Positions 56,460 to 64,000 of a stretch of 64,000 nucleotides of DNA are shown here, in pieces; the stretch's first letter is position 1, and each line of letters starts with the position of its first letter. Under the pieces are notes generated by a model. That model searched no databases and was not told where the DNA came from. It saw only the letters and a program-made list of their open reading frames with translations. The translations under genes were made by a program, and so were the position numbers. This DNA comes from an uncultured Polyangiaceae bacterium (lineage in GTDB: Bacteria > Myxococcota_A > Polyangia > Polyangiales > Polyangiaceae), in NCBI GenBank assembly GCA_964531095.1, contig CAZHED010000001.1, positions 321,996 through 385,995 of the forward strand. Reading direction: 5' to 3'.

Positions 56460-58529
56460 TCAGCGCGGGCCCGGTGTGGATTGCTCGCTGGAGTGAGCGG
56501 CCGCGAAGGCGCGAGCCCGCGGCGCGATCGCCCACGGGTCGATCGCGAGCCGCAGGGAGCCGTCTCCGCGGACGATCGCTCCCGCGAAGGGACCTAGGCC
56601 TGCGACGAGCGGCCCGAGCCTGCGCACGAGGAGCTCTTCCGTGCGCTTCACCGCGTCGACACCGATCGCCACAGGCGCCTGCGGTTGCTCGTCCCCTTGC
56701 AGGTCGAGGTCCACGGCATACGCCGCCCGTGTGCTTGCCGCCAAGTCGAAGCACGCGAGCAGGTGCGGCACCCGCGCGGCATCTGGCCCGTCGTTCTTCC
56801 GGGCTCGGCGCGCATTGGCGGCGGGGAGCGCGAACTCGGTGCCCCCCGCGATCACCCACAAGACCGTGACCAGCCCGCTCTCGATAGGCACCTCGATTCG
56901 TGCGCTGAACCCCTCGCCCGCCCGGCTCGAAAGACGAATCGCGCCCCCCATCCGTTGGGTGACACTGCGCGCAATCTCGAGACCGATGCCGCGGCCCGCG
57001 AGCAGATCGCTCGACTCGCGCGTCGAAAATCCCGGAACGAAGAGGAGCGACAGGAGCGTGTCGTCGTCCGCCGCGTCGGCGATGGCTGGAGTCACCAGGC
57101 CGGCCGAGACCGCTCGGGCGCGAACGTCCGCCACGTCGACGCCGGCCCCGTCGTCCTCGATGGTGATGCTCAAGCGATTGCCCAGCTTGCGCGCGCCCAG
57201 AGCGATCGTTCCGCTGGGCGGTTTGCCCAGCGCCGCGCGCACCGCGGGCGGCTCGCTGCCGTGCGCGACCGCATTGCGCACCAGTTGAAGACAGGGCTCG
57301 ACCAGGTGCTCGGCGATGCGCCGGTCGATCGTCTCGTCGGCCCCGCGCGTACGCACGATGATCGCTCGGCCGTTGCGGCGGGCTTCGGACTCAATCGCGG
57401 TCGTCAAACGAGCGAAGATCCGCCCCACGGTGGTTTGCCGCATGGTCGAGAGTTGCTTTCTCGCGTCGGCGATATCGTCGCGCAGCGTGTGCTCGGCGGT
57501 GTGGAGTCGCGCGGAGGCGCCGTCGATGTCTTCACCGAGGGCGTCGAGCGTGCCGACGACGCGCTCGATGCGCCGAATGGCTGCCGCCGGGGCTCCCCAC
57601 GGTCGGGGCGGGCCGATTAGGCGCAACGCTTCGATGAGCGAAGAGCGCAAGTCGCGCAAGGCGACGGCCGTCTCGCGCGTGCGCTCTGCGCGCGATGTGA
57701 TTCCCTCGCGCACCAGGTCGATGGAGTCGAAGCGCTCGAGGAGGCGGTCGACGTTCACCGATGCCACCCGGATGGTCGGCCCTACCTCGTCGAACGAACG
57801 CGGCGGCTCCGACTCGAGCGGACGCAGCGTGGACGCGCCGGGCGCCGTCAGCCCCGGTATCGGAGAAAGCCGGACGTCGCCGCGCAGCGTGGCAAGGGCT
57901 GTCTCGGGGTCGTCGAGCAACCATCCCAAGACCACGCGCCACCTGGCGACCTCTCCGATGGCCATCCGCGCCGCGTCCTCCGAGCTCGCCGCGTTGAGCT
58001 TCTCCTCGAGCCCGTGGCAAAACCAGGTCATCGGCTCGTCTCCGACCGCGCTCGCCGCCCCCTTCATCGTGTGCAGATGTCCGTATACGGTGCGCGTGGC
58101 GGCGATCGGGTCCCGCCCCGGGGCGAGGGCCTCGTCGATGCGCGCGAGCCGGTCCGACACTTCTGCGGCATACTGCGCGCGCACCAGGGGATCGAGCGGG
58201 GGGACCACGAGGTCGTCGGGAGGAACCGGCCACCGCGCCACGACCGCGGTCTCACCCGCGGCGAGTCGGGTGATGGCGGTGCGTACGAGCGCCGCGGCCT
58301 GCTCGATGGCGCTCTCGTCCCCATCGGTCATCCGCCGGTGCAATCGCTCGAGCGCCGCGGCGAGCTCTGGCTCACCGGCGAGCCCGGCGCTGCCCTTGAT
58401 CGCGTGCACGGCACGCCGCGCTTCACTCGCGACAGGCGGGTGGCCGTCGAGGGCCACGACATGGCGCTCGAGCTCGTCGAGGAGCAGCCGGAGTAGCTCG
58501 GGATCCGACTCCGTCGCGCGAGAGCTCAA
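56460..58529 (-). CDS. cheA: CheA-type histidine kinase (two HPt-like boxes, no receiver domain)
   Basis: This is the 3' part of ORF 56460..59348. The TTG start at 58527-58529 overlaps the upstream TGA. Motifs are HAIKGSAG and HTMKGAAS (HPt), LVRNAVAHGSE, DDGAGVD and GRGIGLEI (ATPase), followed by a CheW-like C-terminus. Confidence 0.85.
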   Translation of the reverse strand: MSSRATESDPELLRLLLDELERHVVALDGHPPVASEARRAVHAIKGSAGLAGEPELAAALERLHRRMTDGDESAIEQAAALVRTAITRLAAGETAVVARWPVPPDDLVVPPLDPLVRAQYAAEVSDRLARIDEALAPGRDPIAATRTVYGHLHTMKGAASAVGDEPMTWFCHGLEEKLNAASSEDAARMAIGEVARWRVVLGWLLDDPETALATLRGDVRLSPIPGLTAPGASTLRPLESEPPRSFDEVGPTIRVASVNVDRLLERFDSIDLVREGITSRAERTRETAVALRDLRSSLIEALRLIGPPRPWGAPAAAIRRIERVVGTLDALGEDIDGASARLHTAEHTLRDDIADARKQLSTMRQTTVGRIFARLTTAIESEARRNGRAIIVRTRGADETIDRRIAEHLVEPCLQLVRNAVAHGSEPPAVRAALGKPPSGTIALGARKLGNRLSITIEDDGAGVDVADVRARAVSAGLVTPAIADAADDDTLLSLLFVPGFSTRESSDLLAGRGIGLEIARSVTQRMGGAIRLSSRAGEGFSARIEVPIESGLVTVLWVIAGGTEFALPAANARRARKNDGPDAARVPHLLACFDLAASTRAAYAVDLDLQGDEQPQAPVAIGVDAVKRTEELLVRRLGPLVAGLGPFAGAIVRGDGSLRLAIDPWAIAPRARAFAAAHSSEQSTPGPR

Positions 58530-59311
58530 ACCGGCCCCTCCTCCTGCTCCGGCTCGTCCTCTCCGAGCAGGCGCGCCAGTGGCTCGAGCGCCGGACGCAG
58601 CGCTGCCGCGAGCAAAGGGCGAGGTACCTTGCTGCTCAACGTGCTCAAGGCGGACACCAGCGCGCGCACCCGCTCGCTGGCTTCGGCGATCTCGCGCACC
58701 GTCTCGGGATCGCTTCCCGTTGCCTTCCGCACGCGCTCGCCGATGTCGGCCAGCGCCGACTCTGCATCGCTCGCGGCGCCGAGTGCGCGCGCAGAGTCTT
58801 GCGTGACCTCGGCCACGACGCCTTGCGCTTGCGCGACGTTGGAATCGAGCTGCACCAGCTCGGCGACTAGCTGCGAGAGCCCTGACCCCAGCTCGCGTGC
58901 GGCCTCTGCGCCACGCGCCGAGTGGGCGCGCACCTCGTCGCTCACGAGGCCGAGCTGCCGCCCTTCGGTCTCGCCTCGCCGCGCGCCCTCGAGCCCGGCA
59001 TTGAGGGCCACGAGGGCGAGGCGCTCGAACGAATCGATCACGCGAGCGAAGCCGGCATGCACTTCGCCCGCGCGCGACGAGAGCGCCCGCATGCGGTCGG
59101 CGACGGCGTCGATCGATGCCCGCTGCCGTGCCGCGCTCGAAGCGATTCGCTGGGCGGCCGCGCCGGCATCGCGCGTCCGAACGATGGCGCGCTCGTGCGC
59201 GCTCCAGAGGGAGCCGACGTCGGAGGTCGATCGGCTGCCTACGGCGCGAGCGCCTTTGGGCGTTCGGCGAAGCAAACGAAGCAGCCGCTGCTTGGGGGGA
59301 TCGGCGGACAT
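58526..59311 (-). CDS. soluble methyl-accepting-chemotaxis-protein signalling-domain protein (261 aa)
   Basis: LVALNAGLEGARRGETEGRQLGLVSDEVRAHS matches the MCP hairpin-tip consensus. It has no TM or HAMP segment and has an ATG start. Confidence 0.7.
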   Translation of the reverse strand: MSADPPKQRLLRLLRRTPKGARAVGSRSTSDVGSLWSAHERAIVRTRDAGAAAQRIASSAARQRASIDAVADRMRALSSRAGEVHAGFARVIDSFERLALVALNAGLEGARRGETEGRQLGLVSDEVRAHSARGAEAARELGSGLSQLVAELVQLDSNVAQAQGVVAEVTQDSARALGAASDAESALADIGERVRKATGSDPETVREIAEASERVRALVSALSTLSSKVPRPLLAAALRPALEPLARLLGEDEPEQEEGPV

Positions 59312-59406
59312 GGGGATGGACCAAGATACAGCCGATTGCCCAGGTCAATCGCTTCGAAATCCGGGCGCTCGAAGCCTGGGGATCGGGTCCGCTGCTCCGA
59401 CGTCGG

Positions 59407-60036
59407 TCACATCGGCGGGCGCATGAGAGCGTCGTCTACGGTCGCGTCGACGACCAGCGTGCCGAACTCGATGAGCGTGTGATCTCTGGGCCCCTCGACG
59501 AGCAGCGCGCGGGTGGGGCGCGCCAGATCCGGGCCCAGAGAAAACCGAAGACGCCGAAGGCGAGCGCCCGCGACCGCGCGCGGCGTCGCCTCGATCTCCG
59601 CGCCGCTCGCATCGTCTCGGTTGACGCGAAGGTCCCAGCGCTCGCGCAGATTGGCGAGGTCACCGCCGAGAAGCGTGCGGAGGTCCTCGAGCTCGGCACC
59701 CAGGCCGGGGTTCGCGCTGCGAAGGCTCCCCTGCCCGTGCGCGCTCTTGAACGCGAGCCCTTCCGGACCAACCCAGAACGTCACGTCGTCGGGCGGGGCC
59801 AGCGCCCACCGCAGCCGGTCCGGACGCACGAGCACGAGAGTGCCGCGCGAACGTACTTCGGTGGTCATCAGCCCGATGGTTCGCGTTTGCTCGAACGGGC
59901 CTTGCAGCGTTCGAACTTTGGCACGCGCCCGCCCGACGCGCGCCACGAGGTCGCCGGCGTCTTCCGAAGGACTGGCGTCGCGAGACCCGAACAGGACCGC
60001 CGAGCCCACGACGAACCGACGACGCGGAATGCTCAT
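59407..60036 (-). CDS. LolA-like lipoprotein-carrier-fold protein
   Basis: It has an RRRF twin-arginine-like N-terminus. The pattern TLQGPFEQTRT...GTLVLVRPDRLRW is typical of LolA-like proteins. Its ATG overlaps the upstream stop (ATGA). Confidence 0.6.
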   Translation of the reverse strand: MSIPRRRFVVGSAVLFGSRDASPSEDAGDLVARVGRARAKVRTLQGPFEQTRTIGLMTTEVRSRGTLVLVRPDRLRWALAPPDDVTFWVGPEGLAFKSAHGQGSLRSANPGLGAELEDLRTLLGGDLANLRERWDLRVNRDDASGAEIEATPRAVAGARLRRLRFSLGPDLARPTRALLVEGPRDHTLIEFGTLVVDATVDDALMRPPM

Positions 60037-61436
60037 TGGAGCTGCGATCGTGTCGTGTGCATCTTTGCGTCCACGTACCGGCCGTCGCGCAAAATGGGAT
60101 CTTCCGGCATCGTCTCGGGCTCCGGATCGGTGGACGGATCATGGTCCGGCGCGAGCAGCGCGCGCAAGTCGACCCGGGCAAACGCACCCGACAGATGCGG
60201 CCCCGTGCTCACCCAAAGCACTCGATCGGTCGCGTCCGCGACGACGCCGTGCGTGGCGATCAGGGCGTCGATGGACCTTCGGTCTCCGAGCTCGCATGCC
60301 GCGTCCCGCGAACAACCATGATCGCGAAGAATGTCGAGCGCGGCACGCGGCGATCCCGCGTGGGAAGGGAGACGAGCGAGCAGCTGCTCGATGCGCTCGG
60401 CGCGTGCCACGCTGGTCGTGCTGGCCCGAACTCGGAGGTTTTTCGGATCGTCCGCCAGGGGCCCTTCGAACTGGTTCGTGACCACGGCCATGCCTCCCGT
60501 CTCGCGTACGTGCGCCGGCACTCCGGGAGCGCGCTCGACGACGGCGAAGCGTCCGCGGCCGTCCGCGACAAAGACGATATGCGAGACCATGACCTCCTGG
60601 TCGCGCAGGATGTCGACGGCCTCCTGCGTATCGTGCGCATGCTCGAGCACTTCCCGGAGCGAGAAGGCAACAGGCATCCCTTCCGCGCGCGGCTCGCCGG
60701 CACGTCCCCCGTGCACCACGACGAACACCCCCTCCAAGTTCATCCCGGTCACGACGCCCACGAACCCGGGCCACGCTACGCTCGCGAACGGGACCGCGCC
60801 GTCTTCGCGCACCAGAAACACCGCTTTGTCGCGGTCGAGCACGTCATCGGTCTCCATGTCGAAGGCGCGGGCGACGACGACGTGCCCGTCGCCGGTCATC
60901 GCGGGCCCGAGGGCGAAGGTCGAGCACCCGATGAGGGGCGAGCGCTCGAACGAAAGGGCGATGTCGTAGAGCGCATGCAGAAAGACCATGCGATGGTACG
61001 TGGGCATTCGCCGCGTGAACGGGTCGGGCTCGAACGCGAGCGACTGGGCGGCGAGCTCACGACGCCGGGCATCCGGGATCCCCCGGTCGACGTGGCGGTA
61101 GCGAATGCGGCTGAGATCTTGAATGCCGGCGCGGGCGATCCAGAACGGGACGTAGAGCTCGAAGTCGCTCCAGAGGCGCGACTCGTCGGCGATCATGCGA
61201 TCGTGGAGCAGGTGCGACTGCGCGGCACCGATGGCCTCGGGCGACCCTTGCAAGAACACCTCGCGAAGTCCGCCACGGATCCTCGTCCACGACCGGCTGT
61301 CGCTCGGCGCGGGAAGCACCACCGCCGGCGGCTCAATGCGCGTCGCGGCGGCGACGAGCCCGTGCAGCGCGGGCGGCAGCGCGACGATCAGCGCCCCCGC
61401 AGTCGCCACGCGCCGAAGTCCAGCGCTAGCTTTCAC
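60033..61436 (-). CDS. peptidase C45 / acyl-CoA:6-APA acyltransferase-family Ntn hydrolase
   Basis: This is the 3' part of ORF 60033..62114. The GTG at 61436 overlaps the upstream stop (GTGA). The candidate nucleophile is in LIGCSTFAL. Confidence 0.7.
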   Translation of the reverse strand: MKASAGLRRVATAGALIVALPPALHGLVAAATRIEPPAVVLPAPSDSRSWTRIRGGLREVFLQGSPEAIGAAQSHLLHDRMIADESRLWSDFELYVPFWIARAGIQDLSRIRYRHVDRGIPDARRRELAAQSLAFEPDPFTRRMPTYHRMVFLHALYDIALSFERSPLIGCSTFALGPAMTGDGHVVVARAFDMETDDVLDRDKAVFLVREDGAVPFASVAWPGFVGVVTGMNLEGVFVVVHGGRAGEPRAEGMPVAFSLREVLEHAHDTQEAVDILRDQEVMVSHIVFVADGRGRFAVVERAPGVPAHVRETGGMAVVTNQFEGPLADDPKNLRVRASTTSVARAERIEQLLARLPSHAGSPRAALDILRDHGCSRDAACELGDRRSIDALIATHGVVADATDRVLWVSTGPHLSGAFARVDLRALLAPDHDPSTDPEPETMPEDPILRDGRYVDAKMHTTRSQLQ

Positions 61437-62125
61437 GACGCACCAAAGCGCAACTCCAGCACGGTCTTCAGGACGACGCCGACGATTCGGGCCGGGTCGC
61501 GCACGTTGCGAAAGTGCGAGCGCCGCAGGTTTGCGGGTGGATAGTACACCCGCACCGGTACTTCGACGATGGGGAGGCCAGCGGCGATCGCGCGCAGGAC
61601 CACCTCCGCCTCGAAGGCATACCCGTTCGCATGAACGCCGAGAGCGAGCGTCTCGGCCACGGGGTACCGTCGCAGGCCGCACTGCGTGTCGCGAAGCGGC
61701 CTCCGTGCGAACACCGAAAGAAAGAAGTTCGAGACCCCATTGCCGACGCGGTTGGACTTGGGCGCGCCATCGTGGACCAGGTCGCGCACGCCCAGAACGA
61801 GCGCGCGGCGATCGTCGCTTCCGTCGAGAACGCTGCGCGCCGAGGTGCCAGGATGCTGTCCGTCGGCGTCCGCGGTCACAATCACGTCGAACCCGAGCCG
61901 CGCGGCCTCCACAAGACCCGAGCGGATCGCGGCTCCTTTGCCCCGGTTGGTCGTGTGCCGCACGAGGATTGCGCCGCGGGCTCGGGCGATATCGCCTGTG
62001 GCGTCGCGCGAGCCGTCGTCCACGACGATGACGGGTACTTGCAGGCGACCGCGGAGGTCGTCTACGACGTTGCCAATCGTCTCGGCGGCGTCGAATGCCG
62101 GCACGACCCCACATGTTTTCTCCAC
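61433..62125 (-). CDS. family 2 glycosyltransferase (polyprenol-phosphate sugar transferase-like)
   Basis: VVPAFDAAETI, VVDDGSRDAT, NRGKGAAIRSG and TADADGQH are present. Confidence 0.8.
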   Translation of the reverse strand: MEKTCGVVPAFDAAETIGNVVDDLRGRLQVPVIVVDDGSRDATGDIARARGAILVRHTTNRGKGAAIRSGLVEAARLGFDVIVTADADGQHPGTSARSVLDGSDDRRALVLGVRDLVHDGAPKSNRVGNGVSNFFLSVFARRPLRDTQCGLRRYPVAETLALGVHANGYAFEAEVVLRAIAAGLPIVEVPVRVYYPPANLRRSHFRNVRDPARIVGVVLKTVLELRFGAS

Positions 62126-62237
62126 GGAATCTCTTTACACCGGCTGGCGACGAGGCGCGCCCGCGAAGGCTCTTCCCCCGGGATGGCGTGACGACGCTCG
62201 TCGACCCGCTCGCGGCCGCATCCTCTTCGGTGATCGG

Positions 62238-62717
62238 GTGACCGTGCGCCTCATCGTCGAGGGGGGGCCCTACGCCGGGGTGTCCCGTGCCAGGGTAGTG
62301 CGCCGGGCTCAGGCAATGCTCGATGCCCTACAAACACCCGACTCGGAGCTTTCGGTCCTATTGACGGGCGACGACCAAATCAAGCTGTTGAACCGAACCT
62401 ATCGCAAGAAGAATCGGTCGACCGACGTACTCGCTTTCGCGCAGCGTGAGGGTCGCCTCGGCGACCGCGCGGGACCCCTGCTCGGCGATCTCGTGCTGAG
62501 CGTTCCTACCGCGGCCCGTCAGGCCGGCGAACGCGGCGTCGACCTGACTTCCGAGTTGACGATGCTCCTGGCACACGGGCTTCTGCACCTCGTCGGCTGG
62601 GACCATGATACGGACTCGAAAGATCGGCGCATGCGCCGGGAGACGGAGCGGTTGTGCGTCGCAGCAGGCGCGGCGGATCGCCCTCGGGCAAGGCCCGCGG
62701 GCGTCAAGCGGAGGTGA
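62238..62717 (+). CDS. ybeY: rRNA maturation endoribonuclease YbeY
   Basis: This is the 3' part of ORF 61686..62717, with GTG at 62238. The zinc motif is HGLLHLVGWDH. Confidence 0.85.
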   Translation: MTVRLIVEGGPYAGVSRARVVRRAQAMLDALQTPDSELSVLLTGDDQIKLLNRTYRKKNRSTDVLAFAQREGRLGDRAGPLLGDLVLSVPTAARQAGERGVDLTSELTMLLAHGLLHLVGWDHDTDSKDRRMRRETERLCVAAGAADRPRARPAGVKRR

Positions 62718-63003
62718 GAGGCTCCTGCCCGCGACCGCTCTGCCGAAGGGGGACGCCGCGAGCTGCCTTCTTTCGCACCCTGTCAAGCGCGCCGGCCAGC
62801 GTGCGCTCGTCCGCGCGCGACCGCGTCGTATGAGACGAAATCGCCAAAACCCGCTGTTTTTCCCTTGCGGAGCGCGAAATCGGGATGCTAGTCGTTCTCG
62901 CGTCCAAGCCGCCCCGGCGGCCGGCGCGGTGCCGCTCGGAGCGCTTCGACGCTCTCACCGAATCTCGGGAAGGGCGGAACGAGCTCGGTCGATTGGAGTC
63001 GAC

Positions 63004-63010
63004 AGGAGGA
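63004..63010 (+). promoter_or_regulatory. Shine-Dalgarno sequence of the HU-like gene
   Basis: AGGAGGA ends 6 nt before the ATG at 63017. Confidence 0.6.
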
Positions 63011-63016
63011 ACTGAA

Positions 63017-63325
63017 ATGTCTGCTAAGCGTTTGACGAAGGCGCAGGTCATTGCCGAGATCGCGGAGGCTTCCGAGCTCGATAAAAAGAGCGTCGGTCGC
63101 GTGTTCGATGGTCTGACGGAGCTGATCAAGAAGGAGCTGCGCAAGCCAAGCGGCGAGTTCGTGATCCCCGGCCTGCTGAAGCTGCGCGCGATCAAGAAGC
63201 CGGCGACCAAAGACCGCCCGGGCGTCAACCCGTTCACGAAGGAGCCCATCACCATCAAAGGAAAGCCCGCGCAGAAGAAGGTTCGCGCGACGGCACTCAA
63301 GGCTCTCAAGGATCTCATCCAATAG
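63017..63325 (+). CDS. HU/IHF-family DNA-binding protein
   Basis: The ATG at 63017 gives a 102-aa protein. LTKAQVIAEIAE...GVNPFTKEPITIKGKPA..KVRATALKALKD fits the HU fold with its beta-arm. Confidence 0.85.
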   Translation: MSAKRLTKAQVIAEIAEASELDKKSVGRVFDGLTELIKKELRKPSGEFVIPGLLKLRAIKKPATKDRPGVNPFTKEPITIKGKPAQKKVRATALKALKDLIQ

Positions 63326-63343
63326 GACGAGAAAACAAACGTC

Positions 63344-64000
63344 TCAGCCGCGCGGCTCCCCGCCGTACATCTTCTCGGCGATTGAGAAGGTCATCGCCTC
63401 GAGTTTTTGGTACGCGTCCCGGATCTGGGCGAGGACGGCGTTCGTTTCGAGGAGCCTACGAAGCTCGCGCGCGAGGATACTCGTGTCGTCGAGCATCTTG
63501 GCCTCGACGAGGTCCGCGTAGCCATCGAGCGCGGTTTCGGTCGTGTAAAGCAGAGTCTCTGCCTGGTTGCGCAGCTCGGCCAACTCCCGCCGGAGCTCAT
63601 CGGCAAGCTTGAACTGGTCCCCCTCGCGCACGAGCCCGTCGACCTCTTCTTGAGAGAGCCCGCTCGTCGGCTTCACTTTGATCGATTGCGCCTTGCCGGT
63701 GCCCAGGTCCTTCGCTTCGACGCTCACGATTCCGTCGGCGTCGATGCGAAAAGCGACCTGGATCTTGGGAACGCCCCTCGGCGCAGGCGGGATACCCGTC
63801 AGCTCGAAGCGCGCCAAGCTGCGATTGTCTGCCGACATCTGCCGCTCGCCTTGCAGCACGTGCACGGGAACGAACGTCTGGTTGTCCACGCTCGTGGTGA
63901 ACACCTCGCTCTTCTCCGTGGGGACGGTGGTGTTGCGGGGAATCAGCGCCGTGAACACTCCGCCTCCCGTCTCGACGCCGAGCGACAGCGGGGTCACGTC
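63344..64000 (-). CDS. Hsp70-family chaperone (DnaK-like), C-terminal part only; N-terminus beyond window end
   Basis: The substrate-binding domain motifs are [15 protein letters not shown] and [22 protein letters not shown]. The reading frame is open to base 64000. Confidence 0.85.
   Translation of the reverse strand, partial: DVTPLSLGVETGGGVFTALIPRNTTVPTEKSEVFTTSVDNQTFVPVHVLQGERQMSADNRSLARFELTGIPPAPRGVPKIQVAFRIDADGIVSVEAKDLGTGKAQSIKVKPTSGLSQEEVDGLVREGDQFKLADELRRELAELRNQAETLLYTTETALDGYADLVEAKMLDDTSILARELRRLLETNAVLAQIRDAYQKLEAMTFSIAEKMYGGEPRG

Overview
The window is about 70% GC and densely coding. It looks like chromosomal DNA from a myxobacterium (Sorangiineae/Polyangiales-like): it has eukaryotic-type Ser/Thr kinases, a TIGR02266/PilZ-like domain, Cys-rich secreted repeat proteins, and many lipoproteins with Ser/Gly linkers. 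I support about 50 protein genes. The housekeeping genes are pgi, metK, gcvP-gcvT-gcvH-argJ, folE, a class II DAHP synthase, add, ggt, ybeY, an HU-like protein and an Hsp70 fragment. Between them sit secreted glycoside hydrolases (GH29, GH15, GH12), an MNT/HepT toxin-antitoxin pair, a DUF4266-DUF3570-TlpA envelope operon, and a roughly 1120-aa protein made of 12 Cys-rich repeats around an unassigned core. A long minus-strand gene string runs GT2 - C45 hydrolase - LolA-like - soluble MCP - CheA - GNAT - TPR/HExxH protein. I saw no rRNA, tRNA, CRISPR array, transposase or integrase. Many long ORFs in the track are antisense or out-of-frame high-GC artefacts. Several true genes are only the 3' part of a longer listed ORF, and I re-picked those starts by hand. 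All family calls come from motif recognition by eye, not from searches. The most interesting items are the orphan MCP-CheA unit embedded among envelope enzymes, the giant Cys-repeat protein, the DUF4266 operon, and a short orientation-consistent motif abutting stop codons.
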